DNA from: an uncultured Bacilli bacterium
GTDB lineage: Bacteria > Bacillota_I > Bacilli_A > RF39 > UBA660
Reading direction: 5' to 3'
DNA: 64,000 nucleotides
Assembly (NCBI GenBank): GCA_947630575.1
Contig: CANRIB010000002.1
Location: forward strand, 30,725 to 94,724
Below the pieces are notes generated by a model. That model ran no database searches. It saw nothing but the letters and a program-made list of their open reading frames with translations, and had not been told where the DNA came from. The position numbers and the translations under genes were made by a program. This document shows, in pieces, positions 56,535-64,000 of this stretch (the first letter of the stretch is position 1; every line of letters begins with the position of its first letter).

Positions 56535-57905
56535 TTAATTATTAGATATTCTAACTTTAACTGTAGATTGAACAACATAATTTAATTTAGGGTCATTATT
56601 ATCAATCTTAACATCTACATCATATTCCCCAGCACTATATCCTTCTAGATCAATATAAGCATTAATATTACTATCAGATACATTATCAATTACAGATTGA
56701 ACACCTTTTACAATAACATTAATATTATTAGTTCCGACAATATTCGCGGTAAGTCCACTAGCTAAATTCTTACTTGCAATCGTTGAAACATTAACTTCTT
56801 TTTGTTTTTCATCCCCAAATGTTACTGTAATATTTGCTTTAGTTTCACTAAGTGATCTAACTCCTGTCGGTCTATTTATCGTAACATTATAAGATTTTGT
56901 ACCACTTGCCCCTTGTCCATCAACATTAACTGTTACTGGTACACTAGAAATACCACTTATTGTTTCTTGCTCTCCATATACTGTTACAGAATGACTATTA
57001 CTATTATTTATTAAGATTGACGCGATAGCTTTACCGGTAACTAATTTACCTGTTGTTAGTACTTCAATTGGCACATTTTTAGAATAAGTATCTAAAGTTA
57101 CACTTGCCGTTAAAGTAACAGGTACTATTTCTACATCTTCTATTATTTTACCCTTACTATCATAAGCTAAAAGTGGAATATTATCTATATCATAAGTTCC
57201 AGCATCATTTAAACTATTATCTTTTAAATCAATTAAAGCTTTAACTGTTGCAATCTTATCAATCGCATCTTTACTACCTTTAACTACCACTTCACTCTTT
57301 GATAATTCAACATTTTCTACACTTAGTCTTTCATTTAATGAATCAACATTAACTAAATCATAATCAATAGTTCTTGTAACACTTATTTTATCTTTAATTG
57401 TAACCGAAACATAAGAAGGATCTAACTTATAATTAATGCTATCTATTGATTTAGTATAAGTTAAATAAACTTTATAAGCTGAATCTCTTGCTTCATAATC
57501 TGAAAGATCAAGAATTACTGTATTTGTTCCTAATTGTTTAGCTAAAGATATATCCCCTTTTCTTCCAATTAAAACTATATCTACTGTTTCAGGAATTCCT
57601 TCAACTACATAAGCTTCTTCATTATAATTAGCTTTTACTGGTACATTAGTAATTACCTCTGCTTCTGATTCTACTAAAGTAATAACTCTTGAATCAATTA
57701 ATAAAAACATTATTACGGCCAGTATCAAAGAAACATATATAATAAAATTGGGTCTACTAATTATATAATCAATTTTTAAATTATGAACTCTTAAATATTC
57801 TCCAATATTAAATATTAATCTACTAATAGGTGTAACTATTATTTTATCTATTACTCGGTATATTGCCATAAATATACCTTTAATTGCTTTAAATAAACCC
57901 TTCAT
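56535..57905 (-). CDS. cdaR: CdaA regulatory protein CdaR (YbbR-like domain protein).
   Basis: N-terminal TM followed by repeated YbbR-like beta-rich domains; 1-nt overlap with the upstream cdaA (ATGA). Confidence 0.75.
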   Translation of the reverse strand: MKGLFKAIKGIFMAIYRVIDKIIVTPISRLIFNIGEYLRVHNLKIDYIISRPNFIIYVSLILAVIMFLLIDSRVITLVESEAEVITNVPVKANYNEEAYVVEGIPETVDIVLIGRKGDISLAKQLGTNTVILDLSDYEARDSAYKVYLTYTKSIDSINYKLDPSYVSVTIKDKISVTRTIDYDLVNVDSLNERLSVENVELSKSEVVVKGSKDAIDKIATVKALIDLKDNSLNDAGTYDIDNIPLLAYDSKGKIIEDVEIVPVTLTASVTLDTYSKNVPIEVLTTGKLVTGKAIASILINNSNSHSVTVYGEQETISGISSVPVTVNVDGQGASGTKSYNVTINRPTGVRSLSETKANITVTFGDEKQKEVNVSTIASKNLASGLTANIVGTNNINVIVKGVQSVIDNVSDSNINAYIDLEGYSAGEYDVDVKIDNNDPKLNYVVQSTVKVRISNN

Positions 57906-58720
57906 TATTCTTCACCTGCACTATCTTTATTCTCTGCTTCATAGAATACTTCTGGTCTTGGATTTAAAGCATCTATTAATAACATCCTAAATTCATCTAA
58001 AGTTAAATTATAATTAAGTTCCCCATCGCATGCAATACTTAAACGTCCATTTTCTTCTGAAACAACAAGGGCAATTGCATCACTTTCCTCTGCAATACCT
58101 AATGCTGCTCTATGTCTTGTTCCAAGTCTTTTAGAAATATTAGGATTCATACTTGTCTTAAATACTGCTCCCGCAACTGTTATTCTATCTCCTTGAAGAA
58201 TTACTCCTCCATCATGAAGTGGTCCATTAGGGAAAAATATTGTTTCTAATAAATCACTAGTTAAATCTGCATAAATCTTTGATGCTGGTTCAATATATTC
58301 TTGCAAAGATATTTCTCTTTCAATAACAATTAAAGCCCCAATTCTATTTCTTTTGAAATATTCTATGGCTTTCATTATCTCATAAACAACTTTTTCTCTC
58401 TCATCAATTGTTAATACTTTGTGTCTTCCGAGTAACTGTGTTCTACCAATAGACTCTAAAACACTTCTAATCTCTGGTTGAAATATTACAATTATCGCGA
58501 GTGGTCCCCATTCTAAACAATATTGTAATATAATACCCACTGTATATAAATTTAATAAATCACTTAATAATTTAATTAAAAGTACTAAAATAACACCCTT
58601 AAATATTAATACCATTTTTATATTATTTCTAATATTTTTTAAAATAAAATAGAATACGAGCCAAACAACACCAATATCAATAATTTTAGTGACGATTTCC
58701 CATACCATACTTAACGTCAT
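57905..58720 (-). CDS. cdaA: Diadenylate cyclase CdaA (c-di-AMP synthase).
   Basis: Three N-terminal TM segments plus a DAC domain (ALIVIEREISLQEY...DGGVILQGD...GTRHRAALGIAEESDAIALVVSEENGRLSIA). Confidence 0.9.
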   Translation of the reverse strand: MTLSMVWEIVTKIIDIGVVWLVFYFILKNIRNNIKMVLIFKGVILVLLIKLLSDLLNLYTVGIILQYCLEWGPLAIIVIFQPEIRSVLESIGRTQLLGRHKVLTIDEREKVVYEIMKAIEYFKRNRIGALIVIEREISLQEYIEPASKIYADLTSDLLETIFFPNGPLHDGGVILQGDRITVAGAVFKTSMNPNISKRLGTRHRAALGIAEESDAIALVVSEENGRLSIACDGELNYNLTLDEFRMLLIDALNPRPEVFYEAENKDSAGEE

Positions 58721-58781
58721 ATTTTCACTCTTCCTTTTGTCCTTTAATTATATCAAAAAAAAGGATGTAAATCTATAGTTT

Positions 58782-59039
58782 TTAAAGAATTTCAACTTGC
58801 GCTTTAAACATCCTTGTTAAAACTGCAATTAGATTACTATCCTGAACTTTTGACACATAAGTGTCAACCCCACTTACATGTTCTTCTAAAATTATGACAC
58901 TTCCCGTATCTACTTCTCTATTCTCATTTAACCCCATACCCAAGAAATATTTTTTGCCATAATACATCGCTTCTTTAAGGATTAAAAATTGTTCTTTATC
59001 CTCAAGTACAATAATTGTATTTAATTTAAGCCCCATCAT
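58782..59039 (-). CDS. Hypothetical small protein (85 aa).
   Basis: Open frame overlapping the stop of the upstream coiled-coil gene by 4 nt. Confidence 0.4.
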   Translation of the reverse strand: MMGLKLNTIIVLEDKEQFLILKEAMYYGKKYFLGMGLNENREVDTGSVIILEEHVSGVDTYVSKVQDSNLIAVLTRMFKAQVEIL

Positions 59040-60778
59040 TTACCTCCTCGAGTACTATTAACTGGAATTACTTGCACTACTTTAAGTTTTGGCACTTCAT
59101 CTTGAAATAATACTTCTTCTGGAACTTCTGTTTCTTTTATTAAATCTTCTTTAATATTATTTAATTCTTTATCTTGTTTTTCATTATTTTCTATAACTTT
59201 ATTATTTTCATTTAATAAATCATCAATATTTAAACTTTTATTTTTTTCTTCTCTAGAAATATTTGGTGCTTTCACATTTTCTATTTCTGGGCTAATAGAA
59301 GCTAAATACATATCTATCTCATCATATATTTCATCTGGTGTTTTATCAAATTTTTGTCTATTCTTAATTGCTTTTATATCATCATTAATTTGTTTTAATT
59401 TTTCTTTATCTTCCTCTTCTTCAATTAAATCTTTTGTCTTTAAATCATATAATGATACTCTACTTAAATTCATTGCTTCTTTATTAAACTTATTATTTTC
59501 ATCTTGTAAACTATTAATTAACTCATTTATTTTATTAGTATCATCTATTTTTAAAACTAAGTTATTCTTATAAGCATTTAAAATCTCATTTAAAACATTT
59601 TTTTCTTTATCTTTTTTAGTTATGGCACTCTCTAATGCTGTTCTTTGTTTTTGGGGTTTACTTTTATCTTCTAGCATACTTCGATATGAATGAATAGTCT
59701 TTTCTAATTTTAAAATATTCCCCTCAAGTTCATCTATCGTTGGTCCCAAAGTAGAACTTACAAATTCATCTATATTCTTAATTTCATTTTGATAATTACT
59801 TATAGTCTTATTATTATTTTCTATTGCTAATTTTATATAATCTAATCTCTTATTAACTGTATCATTATCTACATCTTGATAAGTTTTATTATCAATTAAT
59901 GTCGATAATTCCATTCTTAAATTCTCTTTTTTATCAAGTTCTTCATCAAGCACACTCGGTGTATTAATATCCATATAAGGCTTAGACTTAACAATTGTTA
60001 CTAATTCTCTAATCTTACTTAAAGCATCAATAATATTATTATTTAAAATAAATTCTTTCGCATCTGTCCCAATCATATTAGCATCTGTAAGTAATTCTAT
60101 TTTTCTTTTCTCTAAGTTTTCTAACTCTTGATTTAAAGTTTTTAATTTTTCATCATCTTGTTGTTTTAAATCATCATCTATATAAGCATTAGGATTCTTT
60201 AAATTATCTTCTATATCATTAAGTCTATTCTTCTCTGTATTTAATTTCTCATTTAATTCATTATAAGCTTGATTATTAAGTTCTAACTCTTTTAAAACAT
60301 TATTATATTGCTTATTCTTATTTTCTAATTCTTCTTTTAATTCTTTAACACTATTTTGTTCTTTATTTAAAAGTTCTACATAATAAGTATTATTACTACT
60401 TTGTTTAGCTTTCTCTTCTAAGGTAACTACATAACTTTCATTTTTCTTTAATCTTCCCTTTAAAGCTTCAATATCATCATATATACTTTTCTCTGTATTT
60501 TTAACTTCATCTATTTCCTTTTTTATATCTTTAATTTTTCTATTTAATCTATTAATCTTATTCTTTAAACTAATCTCAATATTTTTATCTACTAACTCAT
60601 TAGACGCATTAAAATACCGTGATTCTGTAATTAAACTTTTAAAATCTTCAATCTCATTTTGTTTATTCTTAATATTTCTATTTAATGTTATTAATTCTGT
60701 ATTTATCTCATCTATATTTAAAGGAGAATCTGCCATTTTTATAAGGGTGTCAATATTATCGAAAACTTCTGTATGCAT
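59036..60778 (-). CDS. Long coiled-coil protein (580 aa, K/E/N-rich heptad repeats), function unknown.
   Basis: Predicted coiled coil almost throughout (e.g. LEEKAKQSSNNTYYVELLNKEQNSVKELKEELENKNKQYNNVLKELELNNQAYNELNEKL). Confidence 0.5.
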   Translation of the reverse strand: MHTEVFDNIDTLIKMADSPLNIDEINTELITLNRNIKNKQNEIEDFKSLITESRYFNASNELVDKNIEISLKNKINRLNRKIKDIKKEIDEVKNTEKSIYDDIEALKGRLKKNESYVVTLEEKAKQSSNNTYYVELLNKEQNSVKELKEELENKNKQYNNVLKELELNNQAYNELNEKLNTEKNRLNDIEDNLKNPNAYIDDDLKQQDDEKLKTLNQELENLEKRKIELLTDANMIGTDAKEFILNNNIIDALSKIRELVTIVKSKPYMDINTPSVLDEELDKKENLRMELSTLIDNKTYQDVDNDTVNKRLDYIKLAIENNNKTISNYQNEIKNIDEFVSSTLGPTIDELEGNILKLEKTIHSYRSMLEDKSKPQKQRTALESAITKKDKEKNVLNEILNAYKNNLVLKIDDTNKINELINSLQDENNKFNKEAMNLSRVSLYDLKTKDLIEEEEDKEKLKQINDDIKAIKNRQKFDKTPDEIYDEIDMYLASISPEIENVKAPNISREEKNKSLNIDDLLNENNKVIENNEKQDKELNNIKEDLIKETEVPEEVLFQDEVPKLKVVQVIPVNSTRGGK

Positions 60779-60881
60779 AACTAGCCACCTAACCTTTTCT
60801 ATTCTAATATAATACTATCACATCTAAAACTTTTTTGCAACTTTAAAAACATGAAAAAAGTAGTATTTCTACTACTAAATT

Positions 60882-61442
60882 TTATTCATAACCTTTTTTC
60901 TTATAATATTCATATAATTCCTGAAAACGATTAAAATGTACAACTTCTCTTTGTCTTAAAAATAATAATACTCTTATTACATCTTCATCATCTGTTAAAT
61001 TTATTAAATTTTCATAAACTGCTCTCGCCTTTTGTTCTGCTGCCATATCTTCCATAATATCCGCGATAGGATCTCCCGTCACCGCAAAATAAGTAACTGT
61101 AAATGGTACTCCATTCGCATCTGTTGGATAAGTTCCCTTACCATGTTCGGTATAATATCCTCCAAGTCCCGCTTCTTCTAGTTCTCTTACTGTCGCATCT
61201 TTAGTTAATTGATGTACCATTGTTGCAATCATCTCACAATGTCCTAATTCTTCTGTTGCTATATCATTAAGTAATGCTTTTCCATAATCATCTGGCATAT
61301 TAAACTTTTGGGAAAAATAACGCAATGCAGCCGCCAGTTCTCCATTAGCCCCTCCAAATTGAGAAAATAAATATTTCGCCATTTTTAAATCTTTTTTTCT
61401 AATATCTATTGGAAAGTTCGTGTGTTTTACATACTTAAACAT
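60882..61442 (-). CDS. cotJC: Spore coat protein CotJC (manganese catalase family).
   Basis: YLFSQFGGANGELAAALRYFSQ...EELGHCEMIATMVHQLTKDAT...GVPFTVTYFAVTGDPIADIMEDMAAEQKARAVYENLINLTDDEDV is highly similar to B. subtilis CotJC. The start is at 61442 (MFKYVKH) with a GGGAGG RBS. Confidence 0.85.
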   Translation of the reverse strand: MFKYVKHTNFPIDIRKKDLKMAKYLFSQFGGANGELAAALRYFSQKFNMPDDYGKALLNDIATEELGHCEMIATMVHQLTKDATVRELEEAGLGGYYTEHGKGTYPTDANGVPFTVTYFAVTGDPIADIMEDMAAEQKARAVYENLINLTDDEDVIRVLLFLRQREVVHFNRFQELYEYYKKKGYE

Positions 61443-61869
61443 ACATACTACCTCCCATTCCATCCCAAGGCCATGGTGAATCTATCCAATTATATTTTGA
61501 ACCAGTAGTTTTATCTAATGTAAGAGGACCATAATTTTTAGCATATTCTTTTACTAATACTTTTTTATCTTGAATATATTTTTTAAATAAATCAAAAGTT
61601 TCTTTATTATCTGGATGTAAATCTAAATATAAATTTAAATCATTAATTGCAAAACTAAGAGCCATTATTTTATATAACATCTTTTCTTTTTCATTTTTAG
61701 GATTTAATTTATAATAAGTTAAATTCTTATATGGCTTATATTCATTTCGAAACATATTACCTCTTAAAAATCCTTCCATTGGTTCTAATATATTGCTATC
61801 GCGACTAAACTTTAAATCTGGTATAAATAAGGACATATTAACATCAAAATTATTATCTTCAAATAACAC
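61435..61869 (-). CDS. cotJB: Fused CotJA-CotJB spore coat protein.
   Basis: The N-terminal part (EPMEGFLRGNMFRNEYKPYKN) resembles CotJA; the C-terminal part (ALSFAINDLNLYLDLHPDNKETFDLFKKY...YGPL...SPWPWDG) resembles CotJB. The 8-nt overlap with cotJC is operon-like. Confidence 0.65.
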   Translation of the reverse strand: MLFEDNNFDVNMSLFIPDLKFSRDSNILEPMEGFLRGNMFRNEYKPYKNLTYYKLNPKNEKEKMLYKIMALSFAINDLNLYLDLHPDNKETFDLFKKYIQDKKVLVKEYAKNYGPLTLDKTTGSKYNWIDSPWPWDGMGGSMYV

Positions 61870-61942
61870 TTCTAATTACCTCCTGATTTATAATATGTCG
61901 TCATTAAATATTGGTATAGACAATTACCCAAAAAAAGAAAGA

Positions 61943-62503
61943 CTATCTTTTTTTATTAGTCTTTCCTTTACTTTTACTCTTTTTTCTATTTTTATTAACA
62001 GTATTATTATTCTTATTAGTTTTCTTTTTATTTCCCTTATTTTTATTGTTACTTTTCTTATTATTTGGCTTACTTGTTTTATTAGTATTATTCTTTTTTG
62101 TATTCTTAATTTGTTTATTACTTATATTCTCTTTAACTCCATCTGTTTTCTTAGCTACTTTTTTATTATTATTTATCTCATTATTTATATTTTCTTTTTT
62201 ATCTTCCTTCTTAACTTCTTCCATAAATAATTTTTGAATCACTGGATTATCTTTTAACTTTATCTTCTTTTTATCTTTATCTTTCTTTCCTATCTTTTCC
62301 TTTTCTTCTTGAACTTTCTCCATTTCTTTTTCTTTAGTTACCGAAGAGCTAACTATATCTTCTTCCTTAATTTTATTTTTATTATTTAAAAGTATTTTAT
62401 GGATTTTTAAAATAACTAAAGTTAATATTAAACATCCTAAAGTTATAAAATAAGTACTAATTAAAGCGATAAAAAATATATCAATAGTATCAAATTTACC
62501 CAT
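61943..62503 (-). CDS. N-terminally anchored, extremely Lys/Asn-rich basic protein (186 aa).
   Basis: TM IFFIALISTYFITLGCLILTLVIL followed by a low-complexity K/N/E region. Confidence 0.4.
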   Translation of the reverse strand: MGKFDTIDIFFIALISTYFITLGCLILTLVILKIHKILLNNKNKIKEEDIVSSSVTKEKEMEKVQEEKEKIGKKDKDKKKIKLKDNPVIQKLFMEEVKKEDKKENINNEINNNKKVAKKTDGVKENISNKQIKNTKKNNTNKTSKPNNKKSNNKNKGNKKKTNKNNNTVNKNRKKSKSKGKTNKKR

Positions 62504-62519
62504 AAAATCACTTCCTTTT

Positions 62520-63164
62520 TTAATTATTTTCTATAGTACTAGGATTATATGAAACAACTTCTAATTTATTATTATTTTTAATAAAATACAAAGTTCCTTC
62601 AGTATCATAACCTAAATTTTTATCATAAGTATAACTCATCGTTACTTTATATGCTTCTTCTTGTTTTTCATTTAAATCAAATGTTGTTTCTTCCACATCT
62701 AATATATCGACGCCTGTTATTTCTGGCAAATCTTGTTTTCGATCATTATATGTATTATCAATAATATCATTATATATTGTATCCATTGCTTTCTGTTGAA
62801 ATTCTTCTTTTTTATCTTCTAATACATATTCTAAACTACCCACATCATACTTATTAATTTTATTATTTAATGTATAAAAATCAATAACAAACAATTTAGC
62901 TAAAGTACTAGCATATTCTTTATAATCTATTTCTTCTTTCTCCAATATTTCTTTCAAATTCTGAAATTCATCTCGCATATATCTTGAATCTCGATTATCT
63001 AAAGTATATCCATACTCTTTAATATCCATCTCTACACTCGTAACATTTTTAATTCTATTATCTTCATTATTATTATTTCTAAATAATTTAGACAATCCTA
63101 ACAATATTAATAATAATATTAGTATCACAATAATAACAAGCCATATTTTATATCTTTTTCTCAT
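62520..63164 (-). CDS. Hypothetical membrane-anchored protein (214 aa).
   Basis: N-terminal TM IWLVIIVILILLLILLGLS; no recognisable domain; 4-nt overlap with the upstream gene. Confidence 0.4.
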   Translation of the reverse strand: MRKRYKIWLVIIVILILLLILLGLSKLFRNNNNEDNRIKNVTSVEMDIKEYGYTLDNRDSRYMRDEFQNLKEILEKEEIDYKEYASTLAKLFVIDFYTLNNKINKYDVGSLEYVLEDKKEEFQQKAMDTIYNDIIDNTYNDRKQDLPEITGVDILDVEETTFDLNEKQEEAYKVTMSYTYDKNLGYDTEGTLYFIKNNNKLEVVSYNPSTIENN

Positions 63165-64000
63165 TCGCTAGCCCCATTTTCTTTTATATTTCTTACTTTA
63201 TCTCCCTCTAATTTAATCAAATCATGAACAATCATTGCATTAGATGTATCCAAAATATCTTCTGACTTTTTAATTAAATTAGTAATATAATCACTTGTAA
63301 GTTCTGCTCCCTCTTTAATAATTTTAGACTGTCCTTTAGAACTATTATAATAAATTAAATTAGTTACAAAATTCCCATTAGGAAATACTACAAAATTATC
63401 ATTTTTAATATTAAATATATCATGTCCAAAAGCAAAGTCATTATGTACACCCAGCATATTACCTAAAGTTGGCATTACATCATACATCCCCATTACATAA
63501 TTAACTTCACCATTTAATTTATTTCTTAATTTTGAATTTTTAGTCCATATAATTAATGGTGTTTTCTTATTAAGTTCATGATCATAATAATCATAATCTA
63601 CATATGTTGGATCATCTTCACTCTTTAACTCTCCTGTTTTATAATCATAATTATATAAATAATTTTTTTCTTTTCTAGACAATTTTGCATCATGATCTCC
63701 ATATAACACAAATACTGTATTATTAAAATAATCAGAATCATTTACATATTGAAAGAACTCCCCTAACGCAGCATCTGCATAATGAGCACTTGTAATATAA
63801 TTACCTGCTGCTCTCTTATATGCTTCCTTACTAGTTCTTAAATAATCCGTGGTAACTTCTGTACAAACATTATCTTCATCACAATCTTGATAAGTAGTCG
63901 ATAAATCATATTCTCCATATTTATTAAGTGCCGTAAATGGTGAATGATTCGATAAAGTTATAATTGTTCCCATATAATTTTTATGTTCCTTTTCTATTCC
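63161..64000 (-). CDS. LTA synthase / sulfatase-family protein, C-terminal part (the N-terminus lies beyond the window end).
   Basis: Sulfatase-domain motifs (TLSNHSPF..., VLYGDHDAKL). The frame is presumed to continue upstream past 63973 to the window edge; this was not verified. LtaS-type proteins carry five N-terminal TM segments upstream. Confidence 0.55.
   Translation of the reverse strand, partial: GIEKEHKNYMGTIITLSNHSPFTALNKYGEYDLSTTYQDCDEDNVCTEVTTDYLRTSKEAYKRAAGNYITSAHYADAALGEFFQYVNDSDYFNNTVFVLYGDHDAKLSRKEKNYLYNYDYKTGELKSEDDPTYVDYDYYDHELNKKTPLIIWTKNSKLRNKLNGEVNYVMGMYDVMPTLGNMLGVHNDFAFGHDIFNIKNDNFVVFPNGNFVTNLIYYNSSKGQSKIIKEGAELTSDYITNLIKKSEDILDTSNAMIVHDLIKLEGDKVRNIKENGASE

Noticed and set aside
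61793-62237. Track ORFs 61793..62230 and 62046..62237 (+).
   Set aside because: They are antisense to the cotJA/B and Lys-rich protein genes, with Phe/Ile/Leu low-complexity translations.

Overview
This 64-kb window is a very AT-rich (about 25-28% GC by eye) chromosomal segment from a low-GC Gram-positive bacterium, probably a spore-forming Firmicute. Sporulation-associated genes present are YjcZ, a SirA-like protein, SigH-like sigma factor and CotJA/B-CotJC. Gene density is high and most genes are on the minus strand. The housekeeping backbone includes smc, rnc, def, lepA, hemW, murD, two SEDS (FtsW/RodA) genes, trxA, rnhC, holA, comEA/comEC, hup, cdaA/cdaR, a heterodimeric ABC exporter, a P-type Ca-ATPase, three tRNAs (Glu-Ile-Lys) and two intact-looking IS elements (IS30-family, IS3-family). 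On top of this backbone sits a set of accessory features. (1) A paralogous cassette appears three times plus one gene remnant. Each copy is a divergently transcribed XRE-family HTH regulator plus a large N-terminally anchored secreted protein with a conserved C-terminal domain (motifs YWRIIRINSNGSI..., FCGDRTPY, GVRPVINLKADT). The cassettes carry copy-specific perfect palindromes in the shared promoter region and a gene-conversion-like tract. (2) A roughly 90-nt conserved intergenic element occurs twice; each copy ends in a terminator with covarying stem and sits in the leader of a gene for an anchored extracytoplasmic protein. (3) A 2478-aa surface protein combines cohesin-like, dockerin-like, Ig-like repeat, beta-helix and HEXXH (M26/ZmpB-like) regions. 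(4) A 34-codon ORF with a near-perfect Shine-Dalgarno sits in its own promoter/terminator unit. No CRISPR array was seen. Several antisense ORFs in the supplied track are judged spurious.
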